DNA from: Lingula anatina | Lineage: Eukaryota > Animalia > Brachiopoda | Assembly (NCBI GenBank): GCA_051362555.1 | Contig: CM120644.1 | Coordinates: 17,630,534 to 17,694,533 of the forward strand | Length of the DNA stretch: 64,000 bases | Reading direction: 5' to 3' | Part shown: piece after piece, positions 26,401-39,700 of the stretch | How positions within the stretch are numbered: position 1 is the first letter of the stretch | Layout: every line of letters starts with the position of its first letter | The notes under the pieces: model-generated | Database searches by the model: none | What the model saw: only the letters and a program-made list of their open reading frames with translations | What the model was told of the DNA's origin: nothing | Made by a program: the position numbers and the translations under genes

Positions 26401-29016
26401 GGAGGTATAATCATCTATTAAGGTCCACGTGGTCTGATGACAAGCATACATTGTAGAATAATTGCGCTAACCGCTGTGTAGGTAAAAAATGGAATTTATT
26501 ATATTTCTAAGAGTTGTTAACAATGTATTTATTGCGAAATATGACTCTCATTCCAAGAGGTGTTATCTCTTTAACAGGCCAATGCCTGTTAACACTGAAG
26601 GTACATTTTGTGCGTATCGGGTTCAATTGTTGTGATATTGAGAGAAGAGCCATATCAGGTTGGAGTGAATCACAGCTGATTCAACAAGGTGCTATGAATA
26701 AATGCATCAGTAATTCAGACACGGCACAAAAATATTGGCGTGTAAATAATTCATATGAAAAGATGCGTTGGTGGAGAGAGTATTGTATTCATTGCTCTTT
26801 TTTTATTGCTTTCTCGTTTTCTCCATAAATCCCATTCGGATGCCCGAATCAGTTTCAGAAATGTTTAAATCTAACACCGATCAGATACTTTCTACCAAAA
26901 GCCCTTCTACCTGAAAATTTGGTCCTTCAGCCAATTTTGTTACAGCTAGGGTTTCTGGTAAAGAGTAAAGAAAAGACATAAACAGAGTATACACTTTGAA
27001 CAACAGAAATTCCTACAAATAAAAGACAAACACAAAGATTTACTGACCAGTTTCTCGTTCTCGTCCTCTATGTTAATTCTGGCAGCCACGCAGTTCCGAG
27101 TGTCCAGGAACGCTTTCCGCTGACCACGCTCCGTGAGGTTGTGTATGAACGCTCCAGTGACATTTGCACACGTAAATATAATGCCGTTACACAGGAGCTA
27201 GAAATAATAATAATTATAATAATAATAATAATAATAATGGTTTACATCAGTATTTTTAAATCTACTTGCAGTAAAGCTAAAATTCAAAGATTGTGAGTGA
27301 AACCATGGACGTTCAACTTAACGTTCTTGGTGAAACCAAAGCATCAATTTCTTTGTCATAACAATCTTACTACATTAAGGAAATTGATCATTGATCTCAC
27401 AGTTGCTATTTGATTCCACTAAACTAATTCATCTTTTTGGCTACAAGAAAATTTAGCCTAAAGTGTAAACCAATGTGCGACAAGAAAACATTTTGCAATC
27501 ATAAAAGCATTTACACCTTTGACAGAATATATCGAAAAATATACATATAAAAGTAAGCAGAAAATCCACACAAAATACTCAAACTGTGTGGTCGTTTGTC
27601 CTTGTCAGCACATTGCCCGACACCGAAACCCTTGCCCCGACAAACACATAAATCGCCGTCTAATCTACGAGCTTTTCGCTCTTCTCTCTTCTATTTTTAG
27701 GCCAATCTTTATAATTTGAGCCGTTTTTTATCAACAGATTTTTGGAAGCATGACATTCAGTGGCAATTTGTCATCGTTTATGCATCTGTGGACTTCAAAC
27801 ACCCTTAGTAACAGACGCTCTCCGCATGGAGAATTGTCTTTGTCGCACGTTTCATTTTTTAATGTATGATGTTTTAAAAGTACGATGTCACCAATACAGG
27901 TTTTTGATTTATGATACTGTTAAAGATGACGTCAAAGATGACGTCAAGATATGAGGTTTTCTGTAAGCATGACGTCACATTAAATATCACATCACTATTA
28001 CAGACCTGAATCTGTCGGTGTGAGCGCGGACGATCTTCAGCACTGCTTCGCCGACAGAGACAACAGCTACATGTATGTTTGTAAAGGAGAGCCACCGGCG
28101 TGACAGGAATGGCAGTCCGCTGGGAACCGTAGACCGTTCCCTATTACTTTGTAAAGGTGATACTCGTCCCATATACTAACGCCAATACACCGACTAACCC
28201 TAAACTGTACTAATCACATGGGTCCCCAGACTTCCATTCCTAGGACACTACCATTCCTGCCACACCAACTGAACGTCGGTATTCAGGGTACTTGTAGTCA
28301 ACAGTGATAAAAATAAACAACATTGCGCCTCATTAGCACTTCGTGTGAGGTGACGCGGACCTGGTATATCAGTAGATCAGATAGTGTACTGTGCAAACGC
28401 TTCGGCTCGACGAACATCTACAGAAACGTCGGGACGCACTGGCAACAGCCATTTATCATATAATACTGTATTACTAATAAAACATCCATGTCTTTCCAGT
28501 CGGCTGAAATAACATTATTTTGTGATAACGTGACGGCAAGAGGGGCCTAAGTGCTTGGTATGTGTAGAGCGTGTTTAAATGAGTAAAAAAGCACTCTATC
28601 CTGGCAGAAGGTCATGAAAACGCACCTAAAATCACCGCGATACAAATTCTTGCTTCTGGCAGACGCGTTGAGAAACTGTTAAAAAGCGGCGATTTCGACC
28701 AGGAAAGTCATTATTCATGGCTCACGGGCGGCGTCTCCATTTGTGGCCAGAGTTCATAGCCTTAACTTGTCCCGAGCTGGGATAAACCATTAGGTCCATT
28801 GTTTAACTGCACAGCACGCATTTAAGATAGACGTTTGAATGAAATAAAACTATCGGTGTTTCAGTGAAAATTTCAGGGTTTTTATCTTCTTGAAAGCTGT
28901 AAGAAGAGTTGCATTATATCTTATTCAGTTTCAGAAGTATTTGCGTGTAAGTGAATGACTGCGCGGTCGTGTGCTTATTCGTGTGTGCGTGCGGGCGCGC
29001 GCGCGCGTGTGTGTGC

Positions 29017-29073
<57 letters not shown>

Positions 29074-31308
29074 ATACGGTTGTTTTTGCATCCCAAGTAT
29101 TGCATATCGTTAAGCGAGATCAAATATCTCATCTTTTCACGTTTGCCACTTATAACCCACATTCTCTCCCCATCAAAACACTGTATATCAGCAGGACACA
29201 ACAACTACACGGCTCATAGAAAGCGGAAGTGGTTCAGATAGCCCAGCTGTGGGATCAAGATAGTTCTAACTCATCACAGTTGAATCACCACGAGGGTACC
29301 CATCGCTTGAAGCGCGTGCAGCCTCTCTCTGGCTGTTGAACGGATAAGTCTTAACTTCAGTAATTTAAGCCTGACTGCCCGTGAATGGAGTTTATGTGTT
29401 TTTACACACGTGTATATTATCACTGCATTACTAGAGCTTATCAGATCAATATAATATAAAAAATGTCAAATTGCATTATCTCTTGTAACGTTCACACCAA
29501 ATGTCAATTAATCAACGATCAACCGGTTGCATCTGTCGTTACATTAATCGTGCAACGGTCATTCAAGAACTCTCCCATCTCGCTCTGGCATACAAAATAA
29601 AATGCCGTGTGCCGGTCTCTTTACTTCACAACCAAGAGGATGCACAGCTAAGTGGGTAAACTGCAATCAGCAATCAGCAACCAAATCTGTGCGTACCGAA
29701 TAACATATTTCTACAGTGCTGTCTCAGGTCCGTAGCCAGCAATTTCAAATGGGGGAGGGGGGCTTTTTTAAAAATGATGTCTTTTTACCATGAAACCTTC
29801 ATGTGCCTAGAGAAAACTTAAACCAGAGCGGACTTTTTCCCTGGCTAAAAGGGCGGTTCGTTCGAACCCCCAAACCCCGCCCTCGCTATACGGGCCTGTA
29901 TTTGGATGGCCCAATCAATTCACCCGAGACTCGGTTTCGAGACGGCAATGAGGCCCAAAATGTTCGCACGTGTGAACGTTGCCAAAGTGATGACGCCACA
30001 CGCAGGAAAAAGTATGTCTTTCAACAGGAAGCGGGAGAAGTGCTGAGAACCATGTAAACTGTTTACATACGATTGATCTCGTGTTAAGGTATACAAGGTT
30101 AAATAACACACTAAGTATCCTTGTTTGTTTTTAGCTTCTTCCCTATCTTCTCGGTTTGTATCTCACCTTTCCCTGATCCAATATTGGGTGCAAAGCAATG
30201 AGAGCAAACTCTTGAAGAAAAGTACTATTTTTATGCCGTTGTGATAGGAATGGTAGACATGTAAGTCCGGGGTCCTAAATTATTAGTACAGGTTAGTGTT
30301 TGTCGGAGTATATGGGTTATAGTATTTGGGACGAATGTCACTTGTACATACCCTAGGTTCTAGAGTTCAGTTTTGCCAGCTCGATCTTGATTTCATACAT
30401 AACCCATATCAGCAAAACTGGTAAAGCTATCCCATGAAAAGGTTTGAATAGTTAGCAAGCTAGCTTTACAGTGGCATCTGTACAAAATAATACGTTTTCT
30501 AGCGGGCTACCATTCCTGTCACACCTGAAACCTTAGAGCGCCTGTTGCAATATGCTGGTATATTTATATTTTTATATGCTCCGGTGAGTTCGGGCAATTT
30601 CTTGAAATTCGCCCCAATTTTCAACGTGCTGGATATATTGACAGTGGCAAAGGATTGGGTATTCGACTCATCCTTCGGATAAAGAAACGAATTAAGGATA
30701 AATCATTTTCTCAGACTTATCTTTACCAAATTAACACGACAAACGATTTGAGAATGTCAGTTTTCGATTAACTAGAGGCATCGGAGGTCTGCAAATTCGT
30801 CTTAACGCAATGATGGGTATTGCATGATCTTTGATCCACCCTGTGAGTGGCAATCAGTGTCCACATCAAAAAGACGCAGCGTCCCAGTTGGTCATTTATA
30901 ACTCCGGCCATGACCACAACAAAACACCTGGTCACGCTTCCACTGAAAAATGACCTAGGGTCATATGGTCATTCATCGGTTCGTGCCTCACAAAGATCTT
31001 ATTTTTGGAGTAGCTGTAGTTCTCGTCTTTCAAAAATATAGTCTTACTATTCCGCTGAAATTACAATGCAATTTAAACCGCGAGTTTATCTGGGCAAACC
31101 TGTAATTATTTAACATGGTCGTTTTTTTCTTATTTATTCCTTTACAAAGTAAAAGTATGGCGGTTTCAGTGGTCTTATCGCGTATATCATGATTCCACAT
31201 ACATACATACATCAGTCATTTAGGCAACCTGATTTTATGCATTTTATTGCATTATTTCCGTTCTCATTTATTACTTTTAACTTCACACGTTCAACCCACT
31301 TACACGAA

Positions 31309-31342
<34 letters not shown>

Positions 31343-34300
31343 TGTCCATAGATTTATTATTTTCAAACATCAATTGAAGGAAATAAATGCAAAATTGTCG
31401 ATAATCTCTGAATTCACCACAAGCACGAAACTACGATATCAATGCAGAAATATAGCAACAGCTTACATTTTGACTTCTGTGGCAAATCTCCGACTCCGTA
31501 AACACGTAGTGGTTTATTACGGGGTTGGATATAGCATTTTTGATACCTTCCCCAATAGACCTATGTCAATCTCACTTTCACATCCATTAAGAGCCGTGCT
31601 CTTCGATCCATTATCTTAATTTTATCACCTTCCGCCGTTAAAAACTAACGCGCACGAACTACGTGCATCTTGGACAAAAATCATATTATTCATCCAGGTG
31701 CATGCAGTATTTCTATCTCATTTACTACAACCGTTTAAGACAGTATAAATGATTTCAAGTATCATATTTAAGACATATAATGCCTCACGGATACAAACAA
31801 ATCTCTGTTTTTACACAAAAATCCCCTGCTTATATTCAGTGAGTCATTAGCACTTCCTACATACTATAACACGGTAGTGTTACAAATTTTAGTAAAAACT
31901 TTTGCTATAAAAATGCAGCATTCTGCCGCATTCGAGGTGTTCGGCGAGTAGGGAAAATAACAGCGTACCCAAGCCGTTGGAAGGAGACATTGAGGGAGAG
32001 ACATTGTGGTCACATCTTTAACTTGATGTAGTCCGTGTGCGCACAATAAAATTTCTTTTAGAGGGAAAAGAGAGTTGTTCATAACTTTACAGTGACGCGC
32101 TTTTATCACACGTAGAAGCCCCCGTCACAATACATTTAGGCTCTGTTCTCACAACTTTTAGATCGATCTATCACCGCGGGGAGTCTCACTAGATTACTGT
32201 CAGATAATCCCCCGTAAGTGTCCGTCCCCGCCTACTACAAGCTTTAAGGGGTAATTAACTTTCGTGTCCGCCCGGCTGACAGCTATTTAGCGTGAACCCC
32301 CAGGGAGTTAGGTCGATCCAATGTAGGTCGATCTAATCTATGAGAATGGGGTGTAAGTGATATCACGAGGAGCATATTTTCAGACCACCGGGATATACTT
32401 CACAAGACGACTGAAGCCAAACTTCGACCTTGAAGAACACTGTATGGCAGTGTTCAGAACAGAAGTTATCGTACTAGGAGGATCGATCTATCTCAGCAGG
32501 GATTTTCGCTGAGGAGCAGTCAGTGCAATCAGCTTAATTGTCTGGCACGCCCCCGCGGAAAGCAACATGAACAACATCATGGACCACAAAGTTTTCTTGG
32601 CTTTATCCAAGTTCTTCAAGTACCAGACATTAAGCCTATAACTTTTATTCTGAACACAACCTAATTCAGTTCAACGCAAAAGTTGTTTGCCACCCTAGAT
32701 ACTCTAAGGTACTCTCTGACCACAAGAGTCGCTGTCAGTCTCTTAAAAATAGTGAATCCAATTGCAACATACTGGAGACCCCCGCCCACCCTGTGGTATC
32801 TGAGGGTAGATGTTAGTCGCTTACTTCGTTTTTTTTTTTCACTGAGATCACATTATTGGCAAGGGTGTTCACTCTCATATAAGTGGCTATAGCCCATCTC
32901 CAGATGTAGATACGGTTATGTCGGCTAGGTTTATTGTGGGCACATCCCTCGTACAGTGCTCTTATGGCATAGTCGACTTTCATATGCAGTAGTTGGCTAT
33001 TTGAGTTTGGCAGTGTATTCTTAGCCGACAAAATGAGCGCGGGCGCCCGCGCGCGCGCGAGAGAGAGAGAGCAGGTTTTAGTGAAAAGTTAAAACACCAT
33101 CAAAAGGTATGTGTATAAAACACGTTTTCTAGCCATTCCACCGTGCATTCATGCGCAATGATAAAAAAACCCGCGTCACCTTAACTTCATAACATTTCAC
33201 AACAGGTCTACCGTCTTAAGTAGTGACAGAGCAGGGTGGAGAACGCCTCTATATAATCAGTCTACCGCAGAGATAAGGTGCAGACGCTGTATGTATTGAT
33301 CTGCGGGTGAATCAGTCGACTTAACTGTTGGCTTAGCGATAGTTTTGATTGCGGCATCACACGCAACAGCACACTACTTTTTTTTTCACGTGATTGCCTT
33401 AACTGCACGAAGCGTTCTTACTTTCTCTATTCTGCATTCAGGCCTACCCAAGTACCAGAGGAAGAATCCAGAATTCACCGGTAGATCGGATCACGCTCTC
33501 TGTTTTCAAGGTGTGTGTCAGTTCGCGCTTGGAAGTATCAGACGCGGCACGCGTATCAAGCAGGAGGGTTCCGCAACTGATACTTCGAATCGCAAACTGA
33601 TACACAGCTTCAAAACGGGTAGCGTGATCCGATCTACCGGTGAATTCAGGATCATTTGGTGACGACTCTGGTAGTTGAGTCTGGAAGGCCTGGTATTCCC
33701 CGTAGAAGATAATATCTATCTATTTCAATATCTACGTCAAGTTAAAAGTTGTGCCGACGAAAAAACGTTTCAAAGAGTCAGTGGCTTCAATTCGCATTTT
33801 CAAATTTAAAAAACCGGACCACACGCTATAGACAGAATTAAAGACCATTTCTACAAAACTACATGTATTTTAATTTTGTAATCTTCTAAGGATGTAAAGT
33901 ATTTTTATTTTTCATAAATTTTTTGTTATAATTGTGATCTATCAAACATATAGCCCTGGAAAATATAGTAATTATTACTGCATAGAGCAGTAATTGTTGG
34001 CTGTGTGGGTGCCTTATGTCTGTACATTATCTACTTCGTTATTCTGTTAGGGCGATAGAAAGTGGATAAGTAAAATGATACAATAAAATAACTGATTTCA
34101 ATTTTATTTAGGGGTCGATAATTGCGTTTTCGTGTAAATTAATCGGCTTTGTAAGTGATTCAAAAAGAAAGAAAAATCGTTCATTAACTATATCTTTGTC
34201 AATCTTCAAGTCCAATATTCTTGCGTCATAGTTTACATGTTTACATGATATGACTCTCCACAAAAATAAACCAACCGAACTAAAACTTTAAGGAGAAGGA

Positions 34301-35476
34301 GGGAATGGCTCCTGTCAATATATATACAGAATTTATCATATCTGATACACAAACAGGCGCCTACACATACACGCGCGCGTGCGCACACACACACGCACAC
34401 CAGACTTAAAGCACGGAGTATATTAATGGTAAGAGAAATAAAATGCCGACCATTTTGACTATGATACAGTATTCAATAAATGGCAAAGGTAAAGCTGACA
34501 TTAGCCGTTAATGGAAAATATCGAAAAGGCGATCCAAATCCGTTTTAATGGAGGCTGTCGCGCCACTAAATCACCACTTCATCTCGATAGATATCGAAAG
34601 CCCGATACAGCAACCATTTTAAGAGCACGTTTGTGCTCTGTCATATTCAAAATCGATGAAACACTACCCCTCATTCAGTGCAAGTTATTAGATTGTAGGC
34701 CTACATATCAGAACAACTTTTAAAAAGTGACCTTTCACGTTTTGAAAAGCTTGTCTACACGATGATCAACTTCAACCGGTAAAAGACTTTGTGACGTCAG
34801 CAGACGACGATAAGACTTCTTCACTCAGGGTTTACATTACCGAAACGGATCCTTATGTAATCTGATCGTCCTGTGACATCACTAAGACTTTTCCCGATAG
34901 AAAATAGCCCAGCCGTGAAAACGCCTATAGAAAATCCAACATTGAATTTCATAATAGAAGGCGTTTCCTTTTCTAGTTTACTTTTAAAAGATGAAGACAC
35001 GTTTCAGTCAATAGTAATTATTCAGCATTTCTAGTACTCTAGGCATACTTAGCCGAAGAAAACAACCATCGTCAACATTAAAGGTATGCAACGAACCGTG
35101 CGTCGGTGGAGCGTGGATTCCCAGAAAAACATATAAACAACTTATATTAGTTTCTTATACGAATCAAATAAAGTCGACTGCCAAGGGATAAACTAATTAA
35201 ATCACTCGATCAACCATAAAATAGATTTACACGGCTCCTTTCTTTAAATTTTTGGTCAGAAAAACCTTCTTATCTGACCTACTTATATACAGCATAGAAA
35301 GCTAACAGAAAATAGTTTAAATATCATTTTTAGGGCAATATGTAATAATAATGTCTTTTGTTAATTCTCTTAGTTATACTATTTTAAACTATATGCTGGT
35401 ATTTGGTTAGCTTTTGTGGCAAAATTGATTCCATATGGATCTTTAACCTTCATATAACAAAATTTGAGGTAGAAAC

Positions 35477-35515
<39 letters not shown>

Positions 35516-36148
35516 GCAGGCACACACACATGCACAGAACGACAGACAGACTAAAATTCCTGGGTTGCCCAACTTAAAATGTTATTGCATCGGTTTTGCG
35601 TATGACATGCTCACTGTAAAACAAACGGTTTTATCATAACCAAGCATTTCGTTTGAATAATCCTTGTGAATTCGCATAAAAGTCAGTTACAAATATTTTC
35701 GCCTTTTTCAGCACCCTGTAAAACGCATTCCGAAATCTGTTTTCGCAGGTAACATGAACGCCATATCCAATGCCTCCTTCATCATTACTACACCATTGCC
35801 TTAATGTATCAAATACACACGGGATTCCAACCATCTTAAATACCCAGCACCCAAGATTTTAAAGTGCAATGCACCATATATCATTACCCATCTGCGTTCC
35901 CGAGATTTCTGAGTAGCGATTTTTCCACCTGGACAAGTGGCTAGGGAAGAGAGCCTGTTTATTTTACACCGGACTCTCGGACTGCTGACCGCATAGTTAC
36001 CGGATTGCGAAGTCAACAGGAATTAGTGAGGTGCTGGGAATGTAGGAGGCAGCTAAGAACGGCTTGGGTTTTTTTTACGGGGTGTATAATAAGTTGTGAT
36101 GATCTCTCTCTCTCTCTCTCTCTCAGACGTTCCCAAATACACACAAAC

Positions 36149-36180
<32 letters not shown>

Positions 36181-36663
36181 TCTAACCTCAAGATATCCTT
36201 CGTCTATTTCAATAAAATTAGACGGTTGATTACAAAACGTTCCAGTCTAATATCTTTAAAACGAAACTGAAACCTATAATTACAAAATCAGAAACCCTTT
36301 CAAAGTTTATTTTGAAAAACAATCAGCCCTAAACACACGAACATGTACTGATATACGACTAATATGAACCAAATTGTAGTCATAGCAGCTTGAACTAAAA
36401 CTGTTTTATTTTCAGAGGGGGTTACACAAAGGTCTAAAGTCAATTTTACCAAATCCAACGAAATATTTTTCGAGCTTTTGGGCCGAGCTTTTAACTTTTC
36501 AGTTCTTCTTTTTCCTTCATTTCACGACTCAAATACATACATGAATTCTGAATCTGGTGCTGTGATGTTTTAACATTGTAGGACATGATACAATATACAC
36601 ATTTTAAGCCAGTATCACTCATTGAAACTGGTGTGCATTTGCCTGTCTGTCTGCCCAACCTTC

Positions 36664-36712
<49 letters not shown>

Positions 36713-39700
36713 ACATTGCTTCCACACGTTTCAGAAGGATATTCCCGTGAGATTCGATCACAAAAAAAGACACAAACATAAAATCATGCCATACATTGAA
36801 AAGTCTCGTTATGCAACTCAACATGTAGAAGTAATGTTGTGAATAGATGACATTCTAACAGCGGTTGTTAACCGGTGTCAAAATACCGTACAGAGATGAA
36901 CGGCTTAACACGATCACGTCAAATCACGCAAACAGGAGTCAGATATCACGAAAAAGACCGATTCAGCGCTATTCATTTATCTTTTGGGATTCAGAACCCA
37001 TGCCTTCAACTGCCAATAAGCCCGCATTTGTCAAGTCAAAACGCCAGCAGTAATCATTGCGGAGAGTTGTAGAACGAAATTTCATTATCCCAGTCAAAAT
37101 AACATCCATCAGCAGGGAAAATACTACACGCCACAGTGTGTGTCTGTCTTTAACGAAATCTACTCGTTCTTTTTCTTTTCGAGGATTAAGAAAATAGCAA
37201 CTGGCTGACGACATTCTTCGTTAATGACAAGTTATACTGAAACTGGAGGCTTTATTTTTAAGCTTTCTTTCTTTTTTTTTCTTTTTTTTTTTTTTTTTTT
37301 TTTTGGGGGGGGGGGGACGGATTGTTATTTTAATCACATATAAATGAGACCCGGACGAAGAATTTATACACGCATAAAGACAGCAATCCTTTTTATGCTG
37401 AAGAGAACCACGCGCTAGTAATTGGTCTTGTTATCGAAATATGGACCAATAAAACGCAAAACTTCGATTAGACCTTTTTCTTTTTCTATATATGAAAAGA
37501 GAAATAAGAGCGAGACAGAATAAAAAAACTATCACCCTATCACAGAGTCATCTCCGTGCATATCGACTGATTGAAAACCCGCATTTCTTTACAAGCAATA
37601 AACATTCAGATATACTTTCGACCAATTTCTTCATTTGCAAATATTTGGGATTACGTGCATTTTGCGGTGGGATCAAATAAAAAAAACCTGTAATGACTCA
37701 CTCCGCTGTTTTACTGTCATGCAGATAGCATCGCTTATACTTTATGCTCAATATATTGTGCGATACAACCGTCTGGCAAAGCACTACATGCTTTGATAAA
37801 ACGTTTTACAACTGATTCAGAATTGCGTCTTGTTTACACGAATACCTACAACACACACACACATGTACACTGCATTTTTTGGCCTATATGATTCCGCGTT
37901 GATGGATTTCTAAATATCAGAGATCATTAAGGGTATGTACACACGTGACACGTAAATATCATTGTTACATATTGCTGCTGCATGAACGTGTTTGTACACG
38001 CATTTTTCATCACAAAATGAAAACATTTCAATTATAACCCCGTGCAAAGATTCAGACCAACTGTGATCGGTCCTCAGTACAAGATGAGAGCGGGACTGAG
38101 TAATGACATTAATGCCCACAGCTCAGAAAATTGCTCCTAATTAGCCCGAGACATCTGTATCTACTGAAACATCAATATGTGACCCTGTAGGGTTACTGTG
38201 TTGTCGTCATGTGAATGTATCCGAAGCGATCCCGGACCGTTAGATACGCTCAAAACACTACTGTGTAAACAGACTAAGCCCGAATCAGGCTTCACCATAC
38301 CAAAGATACGTGACTGAATGAAAATGGCAAGAAAGACAGGAAAAAGCATTCTAACCAAGTGTTTGAAGACTAACGAACCTGTCAAATGATTCCTTGAATG
38401 TGATTGTAGGGTAATTCTGGAGAGGCAAGTGTATGGATTCTCAACTTCAGATCCAACGGTTTCTTCCACTGAATATCTCACATTTTACCAACCTTTCCGT
38501 GAAGCTTAGTTTACATTTTGTTTGCATTTGGTTATGCAATTGTGCAAGACATCTTAATGTGTTAAAGTATCCTACATGTAAAACAAGGCCACATAATAGT
38601 TTTTTTTTTTTTTTTTTTTTTTTGGGGGGGGGGGGGGGGGGCGGGGAGGAGGATTAAATCCATGAATATGCATCCCCCCCCCCCCAAAAAAAAAAAAAAA
38701 AAAAATCAAGATCACATTAAGATACCCAATATATGATTTCACCTTAGTGCCAGAGAGCATGCATGGTGAGTATGAGGGAGAGGAGGAGAGATTTTAAAGA
38801 TACATTTGAACCGAGCATGGATGAACGCATATAAACCATATCTACTACTTTTTTATCCGACTCGAAGCCAACATAAGTTATAATGTTTAAAACTATAGGG
38901 TTGCATTTGTTCAGCTTTTGTGGCAAAATTTTGACTTCAAATGCATCTTTAAAATCTTTGAAAACCAAGGTTTGAAAAAGATGGCAAGGTACCGTCCAGG
39001 TGAACCGCAGAACGTAGACGTGCTTTTTAAAACCTGGGCCTACACTACCCTCTACCAGCAATACATTTAAAGAAATATCTTTTCACTCAATATTCACAGA
39101 TATTTCTCTGGCTAATTCTGTGCACATTTCTGTACTACAAAAATAAAAAAAATTGCAAATAAAAAATAAACAGCTAACCTCTGGTACAGAGTATACCTAC
39201 ATCAATCCGCTGGAGGTTGTTGAACGCTTTTCAACACAAAAAGTACTCAGTGAGATATCTTTCCTCTTCATCGGATGCCACTATGAAAATACAAGCGCAA
39301 CAGCGTGTATAAACATTCAGCAATGTTACGCACGCGCATCTTAATTTGTTGCGCGTTTTACTCTTTTTTTTATTTATGCTATCCCTGCCGCTAGAGAGAA
39401 TCCTGTACCACGTGATCATATCGTCTGCTACATACACAGAAAGTCTGCATACTGACAGCATTCAAATTGGACAACCGCCAAACACAAGCGTACAAAGTTG
39501 CCAGACGAACGCAGATCAAATGTATTGATTTAAACATAACCGTGTTTTGTTCTCTTTAAAAAAGTCTCACTCGGTGATGAGGGAAAACCCTGCAGACTGG
39601 CAGATGAACATGTGCAAGTTAAAAACCACTCAAAAGAACCGATTGGGCAATTGAAGCGACATTGTTAAAAGCATACAGCTGAACTATCACAGGTGTAACA

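Noticed and set aside
28914-29241. ORFs with SLSL/ERER/HTHT/CVCV runs (also at 36.5, 45.4, 48.1, 54.0 and 57.8 kb)
   Set aside because: These are translations of dinucleotide microsatellites.
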